A DNA stretch of 58,611 bases, the filler included, from Platydemus manokwari (lineage: Eukaryota): the NCBI GenBank assembly GCA_037951405.1. It is 5 parts of 5 records of this genome, joined end to end, with 100 filler letters (N's around TTAATTAATTAA, not from the genome) between each part and the next. Parts side by side here need not be neighbours in the genome. Positions count along the whole stretch, not along the records: positions 35,006 to 45,494 come from JBBMOY011129774.1; positions 45,595 to 58,611 come from JBBMOY011880277.1; 3 more parts are not named here. One strand, given 5' to 3'. Numbering within the stretch: position 1 is the stretch's first letter; each line of letters starts with the position of its first letter. Of the stretch, positions 35,932 through 48,400 are shown one piece after another. The translations under genes and the position numbers were made by a program. The notes beneath the pieces are model-generated. The model did no database searches. It worked only from the letters and a program-made list of their open reading frames with translations, and was not told the origin of the DNA.

Positions 35932-38900
35932 ATGGACTATCACATAAGACGAATATTGGAATGTGCTCGGTCAGTTATAATCATGTTCGCCTTCATTTCT
36001 GGTTTTGGTGGAATGTTGACGACTTCCGAGAATGGTGAGTGTTATTATTGATCATTATCATGGAATGATATCGAGTTTTATAAATGTAAAATATAAACCA
36101 ATGAAGGAGTGAGCATAATTTGTTCAATTCGATCATTAATTTTTCTCATAGCTCACACAAATGTGAATCAACAAATCGATATTTTCATTTGTATTTGTTT
36201 ATGTCTTTGTGGGTGCTTTCAAATATCCAGATATCGACTAATGATATTAATACAGTGGAATTCAATTAATAGCTTTGAATTCGACCAACAATAAGTAGTT
36301 CTGACCGGGTATTGATTTATTAATCAATTTTTCAAAATTAATTATCAATTATTGATTGTTTTTTCTTAATAATTATTTATTAATTATTACCTGTTAATTA
36401 TTATTGATTTATTGCTAAATATTTTCATTAATTATTATTCAATAATTATTTATCAATTATTTATTATTGATTGTTGTTTGTTAATAACTATTTATTAATT
36501 ATTACCTGTTAATTATTATTGATTAATTGTTAATTATTTTTATTAATTATTATTCAATAATTATTTATTAATTGTTAATTTTTCTTCATTAATTGATTAT
36601 TTATAAAGAATCAGTTATTATAAATTATTATTATTAATTATCACTGAATAAGTATTTTTAAAATTTATTGATTTATAATAATTATTTATTAATCATCATT
36701 TATAGAAAATTGTTAGAAATCATTATTTATTAATTTATTATTGTTAATTATCAATATTTATCGATTATTATTGAATATCTTTCAAATAATAATCCTCGAA
36801 AAATCTAAATCCTTGGCACATTATTAACGATTTGAATGACATTTTTATCATCTAATTCACCAAAATAATATCACTAGCTAGTTGTGATTTGTGGGGCTGC
36901 ACAAACGCGACAGGTATTTTATAGTTTGTGTGAGTCTGTTGTGACCATGGCAAGATAATTATTATGAATAGATGTTTGGTTTGTTTCGAACTAGTTGCTT
37001 TATCCCCTCATTCGATATCAATAATCGTTCAATATCCCATCAGTGTTGATAATAAACTGGTTGATAATGATATTTGATCATAATTTCAGCCAGTGGACCC
37101 GTGCAGAACTTAACAGCAACCAGCAATTTTCCATTCAGTCCTCTCTTCATAAAATGGAATCCTCCTGAAATTGCTAATGGTGCAATCATATCATATTCAA
37201 TATTGATTTACAATGGAAATGGAAGTAATTGTTTGCTCAGCTCATCAGTAGACTGTGTGGGTTGTCATGGAAATAATGTGAGATATCTATTATTATAGAT
37301 TATATATTATTTGAATCAATGACAAATATGGTTTGTTCAGATAACGGGTGTGCAGAATTGTAGCAATAGAATCAATAGCACCTCGTTCAATAATAATGAT
37401 ACAAATATTTCGATAAACATCACAGGTGCACCAATTATCCCTTACATGAATTACAGCATTAGAGTGATCCCAGTGAATGGATTTGGACCGGGAAATATAT
37501 CAACGTTAAACATAACAACCAATCAACATGGTAATTGATTCTTATTATTATTATTTAATATTGCTCATTCACCCCCGACCGTTATCAGTAATTTTTTATT
37601 GATTTTATTATTATTTTCTGCAGCTAACAGTGTATATATATATATAATATCTTCACAGTTTCCATTGGATAGCACTGTTTTGAGCTAATTTATTTCGTTA
37701 TATTCAACAGCAAATGATGTTTTCAACATAAATTTAAAAATCATCACCCCAATCGCTATGGAATACCCTTAACATGTAATTATTAAACCAAATGGCATTC
37801 GTTTTGCCGAGTTTAGACTGGATATCGAGTTTGCACATTTCGACTTGCCCAGAAGCTCCAAATGGTTTTGTTCAACAAAATATGTCGTTTAAAATTTGAC
37901 TTTTTCTTAATTATCGATGTGATGATTTTATTTCTGGTTCTCCGTAATCATTGGAGATTTCAGTTTAATATATTTTCTAGGATTTTCGTTTCAAATGATA
38001 TTGATGGCTGGATTTAATAATGATTTTGTGAGGTCACATAAAGTTGATTTTAAAAATTAAATATTAGAGGTTAAAGCTCTCAAATTATTGATTAAATAAT
38101 TTGTATACAAAAGATACTTCTAATATTGATAATCAATAAATCAACGCTATTAACAGGTGTAATGAAAATAAATCAAATTCTAAAATAGACAATCAATGAT
38201 TTGTACTTGAGAGAAAATTTATCCTTTTTTCCTTCCTTGCTTTTCTTTATTGTTTTAAATATCAGTTGCAGTACCTTTTTAATCATTGGTTGCAACATAT
38301 CCATCTGTTAAATGATTCCATCATTTTACTTTATCTATTTCAAAGATTACATAGCCGAATACATGGAAATTTTCATGCTTATCGGCAATATTAACAAGCG
38401 ATCATTTTAAAATTTTTCGATAATCAATTTGAACTTACTTTATTGATTATATTAATTGATTATTTATTCAGTGAGCGAAGCAGTTCAAAACCTATCAATC
38501 ACCAGCGAATTTCCATTCAGTCCACTCATTATCTCATGGAATCTTCCCAACATAACAAATGGACCAATCTCTTCTTATTCTGTATTTGTAAACAATTCCA
38601 ATGGCAGTGAATGTTTGTTGAGAAATGTGAGATCAATATAAATATAAAACATATATTGATGGCATTGAATATCTCCAGAACGGATCATCACAGGCTGTTT
38701 CTAATCCATGTCAGATAATAACAAATGCTACAGTAATGAATGATGGCAATTCATCGAAATATTCGATAAATATCACTGATGATATTATTAAACCGTACAC
38801 CAATTACACTATCAGTGTGATACCTTGGAATGGATACGGCCAAGGAAAAGGACAAAATATATCTACGAGAACTGCTCAATATAGTGAGTATTTTACGTTA

Positions 38901-41900
38901 AAGTTTTGTAATAAATATTGATGAGTTTATGTGGTATCGCTTAGAATTATTTTATCAGAGTTAACGTTCACTATGAGTTGGTAAGGCGAATAATAAATTA
39001 GCTTTATTGATTTAGAAGTTGTTCACATATGGTTGAATGTCGAACAGTAAAATACAATTGGATAATATTCGTTAAAAATTCTAATTTCTGATAACATTTC
39101 ATTGGAATATTCCTTCATCTAATATCAATCAATATTCTTTTCACATCACGAATAAAATTCCAAATATTGTTTTTCCAAAATCGCTTTCAGTGGATCGATT
39201 CAAGCTTTGAGTTTTATTCTTAAAAATTATTTTGTAATTTATATATTATTTTGATTGGAATTTATGAAAATTCACGCGACACCTCGAAGTATTGAAAGCT
39301 ACTGAAGGTTACACAATCTAAGTGAATTCGGTTGAACGTGGTAATAACTATTAATCAGAAAAGTATAGATTTAGAAACCGTTTCAGTTGTGATTTTCCGC
39401 GAATCTAATGAAAATTAAATCTATAATGCTTTTTCAATTGGTCAATGCGTTAGTAAATCTTTTGTTATCTAGCATTGAACATGGCTTTGATAAGTATTCC
39501 TACAAGGCTGACAAGCCAAATTATTGATCCAGACCCTAGAAAAACTCCAATAAAAAGTATTCAAAATCTACTAAACAAACCACTACAAAGAAAAACTTAA
39601 ATTTACTCGACAAAGAAGACATTCCGAAAGGTTTGACCATAACAAATATTGACCAGCCTTACAATGCCCACAGTACAAAGAGAAGTGTTAACTGACGAAA
39701 TGGTACACAGAATGGTCGCAAACGAATTAATCTGTTGGCCAAAATTTTGGAGAAATTCTTATCGAATTACTCTATTGAAAATAGGGGATGGATACTCTTA
39801 CTTAGAGAACGGACAATACCACCTCACTGCGAGACCGTCCTATGTAAATGTTGTAAATTCTGTGAACTGAAAGGATGGTTATCGTGAAAAGACCACAAGC
39901 ATATGGAGATCAAATGATAACAGTTACAACATGAATTCAAACAAGGAACCAAATCCGATTACACTCGATTTTGGTTTCAAAATGATAAGGAGGAACATGA
40001 CAAAACTCCAGAAAGAGATCTAGCTCACGAGGTTATAGCCCACAGTTTAAATCATGAAATCAAAAAATCGATAGAATCGAATTCTATAGCCAAACAATTG
40101 AACGAAGGTGATATCGATGTAGCAACCAAAAATCACGTGAACTGGGATATCCGCAAAACAGATATTAACAAGACTAGATTACAAGCTAAAGAGACGAACT
40201 TCGAAATGATTAGGTCACCTGCCCAAACAGGGATGCCTATTATAGATCTGGAGAGTGAATCGTACTAGCATTTCACTGAAACACCCCTTAAAATCAATGC
40301 GGCAACATCTCATCTATTGTCATTAAGAATTGACAATGCGATAATATTGGATAGGTTTTACGGTCCTTCCACATCAAAAAATAGGTCTGATGTTATCCAA
40401 CTCATCAAAAAATTTGAATTAAAAAACTATAAAGTGAAAGACGAGCTTATGGCAGAAAATACACAAAATAAAACTCAACAAATCTGTGCATCTCAAGAAG
40501 AAGTATCGGACCCGATGATTAAAGAAATCAAAACCAAAAAGTTCACTACGAGTCAAGAAAAATTGCTGAGCCTGATGGATAAACAGGCCATAGCGTCGAT
40601 ACCAAAAAAGGTAAACAAGAATCGGTCCCTGTAAACCATTCTAAGCTTAAGGATGTTAGATAGTGAGGAGCACTCTTTGTCAGAATCTGACACAGAATCT
40701 GACTTTTAATAGTATTCCGCTGAGGCCTAGTGCGGAGCAAATAAAATAGCCTCAGTGTCATACTGAATGGTTCTCCTGAGACCAAATTGATAAATGTGTA
40801 TCATCACATGTTCAGTAGAATGATTGCATGTTCATCAGTAGCTATGTTGCAGAATTAATTACAAATGGGGCCAATCTCAGTGAAGTTGGTATCAATCTCA
40901 TTAAGCTCACAACATGTAAAACGGTCCTTGCTCCAATTAACATACGAAACCAGCACTGGATGCTACTAGTGATATACCCATTTGGAGGAGGTATACTTGA
41001 CCCTTTGAGTAGTGATAAATTTTTAAATGAAGCTGAAATCAAAACGAAGAGGATATGTAACACACTCCAATACGAAAACATACTTTGGAAAAACTCAAAG
41101 ATAAAAAGAAACTTCTTCGATAAGAAAGAACGACAATTACATCGAAATAACTTTGACTGCGGCCCATTAATATGTGACTACATTGATTGCATAACCAATA
41201 ACCAATCATGCATAGTCATAGACATCAAAATCATCAGAAGAAAATGGAATCAAAACATTTCACAAGGGTCGATTAACCAAAAAACAGGGATTGGGGCCGG
41301 AAGCTGCAGAAAATCCGGATGAACATATCCTCTTTACAGATAGACACATGATGGCCTTATGTAAAAAAGAATTTCAATGTCGAAATTTTCTAGTACTTGA
41401 ACCTTTTATTGTTAGGGCCCTCAGAATCGATGATGTTGAGGAAATTCTGGAATTCCTGTTGTTCCAGTATTTCAAAAACATGTAAACTATCTTTTGTCCA
41501 CTTCTGATGAATTCTAGGCGCTGGATTCTAGTGACAATATTTATAACAGAAAAATCAATTCAATTGCTGGTCCCTAGGGGTGATGATATGGATGATGAAA
41601 AAACAAAATTACTCATTGATCAAAATAGAAATATTTCCATAATGATATGGAACAAAGAAGGTCTGAAAGAAAATGACCATATAAAAACCAGACTGGTACA
41701 GTGCAATTTTGGGGAAAGCGCGTCACTGGTATTTGAATATATGCTGAACATTAGCCATAATTTTCAAATGATGAGAATAAATATAAAGGCAATAAAGTAA
41801 ACAAGCAAATAAGGCGATCCTGGAACATGAATGGAAGGTCAAGAGAGGGGAACAACTAATGTGCATTCCTAATAATTACCCAAAAGATACATTTGAAATC

Positions 41901-44900
41901 AGGAAATCATTATTAGAAGGACTGGCCAACAACTTTACAAATGAAATAATAGATGAAATGTTTAGCAAATAATGTGAATGCATTCGCTGTGTCTGCACAA
42001 TTAAATCATCAAGTAACCCATACTTGGGTAGAACCAGTGAAGAAAGAAGAAGTGAAAATCATCTGGAAATAAGGAGACTGTTTAATCACGCTTCATCTGC
42101 TGCCTTTGAATTAGCCACGCAATACACAAAAGTTGATTGTCGATCTACTCAAAAAGATTTCGAAAAACATTTAGAGGAAAAACAGAAATAAAAACAAATG
42201 TTCCTGATTGCAAAGGATCAAGTACGAGAGTATGTAAAAATTATTGTTCACTAAAGAAAGTTACTAAAAGGGGCCAAAACTTTGACTTCAGGAGAATAGA
42301 ATCAGAAAAAAATTATGCAATCATTGGCAAAAAAGACATAGATGCTCCTTGAAGAAACAAAATCAATTTTAAAAATATTCTATATGCAGACTCAGAGACA
42401 AAAATCATACATATGATTTTTACAATCCTTGAACATATGAGCCTTACTGAAACTGCCATCAGAATCATATGATATCTCTACACAAACAGCGAAACTTCTC
42501 TTAAATGTGGAGATTATGAAACGAAACCAATTAAGAAGGGATCCAAAATGGCTGCTCAAACTCCATGCTTTTATTCAACATAGCCATCAATCCAATCTTG
42601 GTAAAACTGGATAACTATCTTATTGGAGGTCTGATAATTGCAAATCACCGAAATTCATGCTTTGCCTGTGCAGATGACATAGCAACTATTGCGATAAACA
42701 AAAATGAACTCCAAATGATGATCAATGAAACATTAGCTCTCGGCTTCCAACTTGGTTTCAAGTTCCAACCCTCAAAATGTGAGCACTAACATAATCAAAG
42801 AGCAAGTACTTATGCTGATCTACAATGAGAAAAATCCTAAAATAAGTCTAGAAGAGCGCTACTGCTACCTAGGAGTGAACTTCTCTTATTAGTTGTGTAA
42901 TACACAGAAGGACTGTTCATCGACATGGAAACTCTGATTAATAAACTGGAAAAATATACTTTACTACAATGGCAGAAGCTAAGGGCCTTCAAGCTGCTCG
43001 TACACATCAAAGTGATCTTCTACATGATAAATTACTTTGTCACTTATAGTAGGTTACTGCAGTTCAATGTGATGATAAAAAGGTATCTGAAAAAAATCCT
43101 TATCGTACCGAAATTTCGCTCATCGAATTACATCTACTCAACAAAATCAAATGATGGTTGCGGACTACCAAGCATGATTGAGGGATATATCATATAATCG
43201 ATCACCCACGGGTATCATCTATTAACGAGGAAACATGAAATTACAAAGATGACTGCTATACACTCCTTATGCAAAGTGTTGAATTGAATAACCAAGCTGA
43301 GACAATTCAGGAAACATTAGAATGGGTCAATTCGCATATTCTCCCAAATAAAAGGAGCAAAACTTGATGGCGTAAAATAAGAGAAAGCATTAAATACACC
43401 TTTAAAGGAAACATATACAGCGGTTTCTTTCATTATTATCAACGGTGAGATAATGCTTAGAGTTCAACAAAACCTTACAATTAATGGTTCCCATTACGAA
43501 AGGAGTGCCATAGTGAAATCAAAGAAAATCAAAGACACACTTAAACTGCTGAGACAATGTTTTATACGATCGTAGCAATGAAACTGGACTAATCAAATCG
43601 GGAATTGAGGCTATAGCAGCTACTCAGAAGCTATTAGTCCAATGTGGTTAAAAGAAATTTTAGTGGTCACCTAACTATTTATTTATAACGCAAAGACAGA
43701 CAACATTCCCACTCCGAATAAAAAATACATGAGAGGAATGGCATGCAGAAAATGTTTATATGAAGTGGAATCGCAAACACACGTGTTCACCTGCTGCAAA
43801 CCATCTCACTTTATTGTATTCTATCGACAAGGCAGAATCATAGATATACTAGCCAAGGAAATTGTTAACAGTACGGATCACAGAGTCTTTATAGAGGAAG
43901 ATTGCCAATTCACAAATTAAGGGTGGATTTTCAACTAATACATGATCGAAAATCCACAATCGTTCAGGGTGGTGTAAAATGCCCCATGGACGAACCTGTT
44001 TTAATGGCCAAAAAAGCTCAAAAGAATACAAAAAATACACAGACCTCCGAAATGCGATCAAAAAGCGGCCCGACTGGACTGTGAAATTGTTCACCTGTGT
44101 TGTAGAAGTTCTCGGAACTTAGCAAACACAGACGAACGATACAGTCCTAAAGAAATTAAGGATGAACTAGAAAATGATAAATAAGATAGCTCTTGCCTGC
44201 ATAAAATCGAATATAAGTGCGAGCTATCTGCATTGGATGTTAGCTACAGGAAAGAGGACAGCAACAAAGACAGCCTTAAAAATAATGGAAGAGGATATCC
44301 AAGACAACATCGACTAGATGGCGGAGACAGAATTGATTATATGATTGAACTAGCGAACTGTGATTCATGGATCGATAGAAAGAAAGAACCATGTACATGC
44401 CATACTTTGATGTATGGGTATCTCGAATATCAATGTTTATGAATAAATAGTTCCGGCGCGACCATTCCATAATTTTTAACAGAAGCCTCTTATATATAAA
44501 ATCGATCTAAGATTGTCTAAATTACATCGATTTTATTAAATTTTAATGGATCTCTATTTTTCAACGAATAAAGTGTTTATTGATCAAGTTTACACGAATT
44601 ATTGATTTTTAAAAATTCTTTTTGTGTAATTTAATATATAAATCGTGATTCGTGTTGCCCTTACCAATTTTGTAAATCATTTTCGAATTTTCCATTGAAA
44701 TTGTGATTTATTTCACGGGCCGTTTTCGTTATGAGATCTTATTGGGAATATCAATAACCAAATGTACATGAATCGAAATCTATCCTTTTTTCCTTCCTTG
44801 CTTTTCTTTATTGTTTTAAATATCAGTTGCAGTACGTTTTAATCATTGGTTGCAACATATCCATCTGGTAAAAGATTCCACCATTTTACTTTATCTATTT

Positions 44901-45494
44901 CAAAGATTACATAGCCGAATACATGGAAAATTTCATGCGTATCGGCAATATTGACAAGCGATCATTTTACGCAATATTTGACTCGGGTAATTTTAATGAC
45001 TCGTATTTGACCGGTTAAAAGATTTCATTGTCGATAGTCGCTGAACTCAAATCTTTTCTCGTTAAAATAGAGTAAATTGTCACAACATAATTTTTCTTCG
45101 ACCAATTATGTAGGCTTAAGTCCACCACCTATCAGGTTGTTATTATTCAATCTTATTATTAACCAATCAAATATCTGTTTCCATTGAGTTTACATTATTC
45201 TGCATCACTCACAACATCTAAAATATTTGACGAGAATTTTCGACAAATTTTATTTAAAATTTTATTTAAAAAATTGATATGGATTTTGAATAAAATTTTT
45301 CGATAATCAATTTGAACTTACTTGATTGATTATATTATTTCATTATTTATTCAGAGAGCGAAGCAGTTCAAAACCTATCAATCACCAGCGAATTTCCATT
45401 CAGTCCACTCATTATCACATGGAATCTTCCCAACATAACAAATGGACCAATCTCTTCTTATTCTGTATTTGTAAACAATTCCAATGGCAGTGAA
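35932..45494 (+). CDS. Secreted or membrane protein with tandem fibronectin type III repeats, 5' portion; exons 35932-36034, 36878-36913, 37090-37277, 37341-37530, 38472-38626, 38679-38883, 45355->45494
   Basis: Hydrophobic signal-like exon ending G|gtgagt; FN3 motifs VQNLT...WNPP..ANGAIISYSI and PYMNYSIRVIPVNGFGPG, repeated in the next unit. Introns are phase 1 between domains and phase 0 within them; many N-x-S/T sites; runs into a gap. Confidence 0.8.
36330..36780. repeat. AT-rich low-complexity tandem repeat (~116 bp period) in intron 1 of the FN3 gene
   Basis: ttattaattattacctgttaattattattgatt occurs at ~36376 and ~36492. Confidence 0.7.
38220..38610 (+). repeat. Intron+exon duplication unit, copy 1 (copy 2 at 44781-45494)
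   Basis: Near-identical sequence from tatcctttttt(t)ccttccttgc through the FN3 exon; copy 2 has an extra ~320 bp (44970-45290). Confidence 0.92.
39260..44600 (+). mobile_element. Decayed RLE-type non-LTR retrotransposon (NeSL/R2 group) with two Ulp1-like protease modules, element 2, inside an FN3-gene intron
   Basis: Protease 1 PINIRNQHWMLLVI..ILDPL..NNFDCGPLICDYI (40828-41322); degenerate protease 2 FTDRHM..PLLMNSRRWILV (41291-41800); RT LLFNIAINPIL..ACADDIA..FQPSKC, YCYLGV; knuckle CRKC...ESQTHVFTCC; RLE RVDF..VKCP..LFTCVVEVLG; aataaa at 44567. Boundaries are approximate. Confidence 0.85.
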
Positions 45495-48400
45495 NNNNNN
45501 NNNNNNNNNNNNNNNNNNNNNNNNNNNNNNNNNNNNNNTTAATTAATTAANNNNNNNNNNNNNNNNNNNNNNNNNNNNNNNNNNNNNNNNNNNNTACTAT
45601 GCAAAATGTACTTTAAATAAATAAATATTTTTCAAAAAAAACCGAAATTTTAAGGTTATACACCTAATATTTTATTTTTATTTATATTTTTATTAGCTAG
45701 GCTCTTCATAAGTGTGAAAATTTTAAGTATAAAACATTATTTAAATGTGTGGAATTAAGACAAATCTCACGACACAAAGATTTTGGCCCTCTAGAACTGT
45801 TGTTTTGATGTTTATTATCCATAGCGGCAAGCTAATCAGAAACGAGTTATAAATTGAAGATTTTAATGAAGAAAAATGGCATAACTACATAACAACAAAC
45901 ACATTTTGATTGGCCAATCCTGATAATAGAAAATCGATTATCCTAATTGGAATTAGAGAAATAGGATATGAAATTATAATAAAATATTAAAGTACATCCA
46001 AGCTTCAAGTGTAAATATTGTTTCAAGATGACGTTTTGCCAGTTGAAAGTCAATAAATGTTGAGTTCAGTATTTAAGTTAAGGCTAGTGTTAATCCAATA
46101 AGTACTTTGCTTTCATTTGTTTTTGAAGTCAGCTATCTATAGTTATTTATGTGAACGAGAACGCTGAATAACACTATTTTCATTGTGAATACAATTTGCA
46201 GTCTTTATCAGTGGCAGTGCATTTTACACATTTAACTATCACTTGATATCGGTGTTTCAAGAATTTTGATTGGAAATTGTGATCTGTAAGGACAGGGGTT
46301 GATCAATAAATGTATTTATGCAAATAGATGGAACTTTTACTCTATCATTTCCTGATTGTTCAATGATTATGGTGGGGTGGGCAAAAACTAAAAAAATCCT
46401 AATTAAATAGAAATATAAAAATAGAAGACAGCAGCGGACACTGATCGTAGGTGTTCGCGTCTGGTATCGACTGTAAAATAATAATGTTTAACTTGATTGG
46501 GGAACTTTTGATTGTCTCAACTTTGTCAATCTAGGATCGAAATATTGTTAGTAAACGGGACTAGTTGCAGGAAAATAGAATTAGACGAAGAGAATTTATT
46601 ACCGTCGGTCATTAATCTAAATAAATAAAGATTTTTAATCTTGCTAATGCGGAAGCAGACCTATCTCATCGCTATGTAACTCGATCTATTAATCTCAAAG
46701 AACCTGTGAGAAGTAAACCCAAAAAAAAATATTTTCCATCATGTCAAATCATCCAATCATTCAGTCGTGGGAAACCAAATTGAATTAGTTCGAATTAATT
46801 TACAAATTGGAGATAGATAATTAATTTTGAAAAGAAAATTCTTAAATTTCATTGAATATTTCAAGTTATAAGAATTATCATTAAACCAATTTTTAATCAC
46901 AAATGTTTTTGGTGCATAAATTTATTTATCTGTCAGGATCCTTCTACTCCTTATCGATCAACTAACAAACCTAGTGATGACTACGAAATATTCCAGATTC
47001 TTCGAATTATATCAACGCTAATCAATCAAATTAAAAAAGATCTACAAGGTTCCATGAACTGTCACTCCAAAATAGATAGGTTATCTTTTATTAAATGCCT
47101 TCATGAGTGTTACTACAGGTCCACATGAGCTAAAGTGGCATTTATTAACAAACAGTAGGAGTTTTTTCATCTTAAATACAAAGAAACTACTGCACCATAT
47201 AAACATTAATCAAATTTGCTTTTTTAATTCTTGTGTATTTGCTAATAAATTGTGGTGATTTTTATTTAATTTTATTAGGAACACAACCAAGTATCTCAGT
47301 CAAATGAAAAGGGATTTAATAACACAATGTTGATTATAAGCTCAAGAAAATATTAGCGCTTATATGAATGAGTATGTATACATAAATATGGATAATAAAA
47401 TCAAGAACTCCATGGTATTAAGGGTGATTATTCTGTTATAGGATTCCTATACATTCAACATAATAAATATTTTAGCCTTACAAATCTATAAAAATGATCC
47501 GATATTTTCACGTTTGGCATATTTTCATGGTTTACCCTTGGATATCAGATCATAAAGGATTTTGACAAGGAACCAAAGATAAGTAAAATCAATTTTGTTC
47601 GATACAATACATGAATAATTATAGTTATTAATAATATGAACCATAAAAATTGTATACAATACTAATTAATATAGAATTTTAAGAGCCGAATTATTCACCA
47701 CTCGAATTATTACTCTCGTGGCAGTATTACGAGCAACTGTGTGTTATTAAATTTCAAGACAAATCGCATCGGTAACGCGCTAAACAACTATAGAAATTTC
47801 CGAATGAACACAAAATCAATTCAAATATCAACAATCAAAATACCATAAAAGGAAAAGCAAAAATCCGAAGGGCGAACAATAATTTCACTATCATAAGTGA
47901 AGACATTATTCGTGGATGCTATTCTCATTTATTTTGGATCATATGTTTAATTCCCATTATCAGATTTTCAACACATCGTGGTAGATTATTCATATTTCAT
48001 TTTCGTACGATTTTTATCGATCCCCGATTGGAGATTCGTTATAAATTCTTAAATAATTTTTCATCAAAGCACAAGGGAAATTGTTGGAACCTAAAATCAT
48101 CCTCATTATTCTGCATCGATGTAAAGCAGATCCTGCTGTTGATTTTTATTTATCTTTAGGTCACTAGACGTAGTTGTTTTTAAAATCTAACAATACACAT
48201 TGGTTAATTTGTGCTATCGTGAATATATTTATTATATTGCGCATTTTTAATTATTTATTGACTTATTACACGCGTCTAATTATCTGTTAGATGTTATATT
48301 CATTGTAAAATAATCAATTATCAACTTCTAACTATTAAATAATCGATAATAATTAGATCATCTTATTTATTTCCATTAGTTTTGTCAAAGTTTTAAGGAA

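Noticed and set aside
46434-46470. GC-rich hairpin gcggacac...gtgttcgc as a Helitron 3' end
   Set aside because: Spacing to CTRR is atypical and no other Helitron feature was found.
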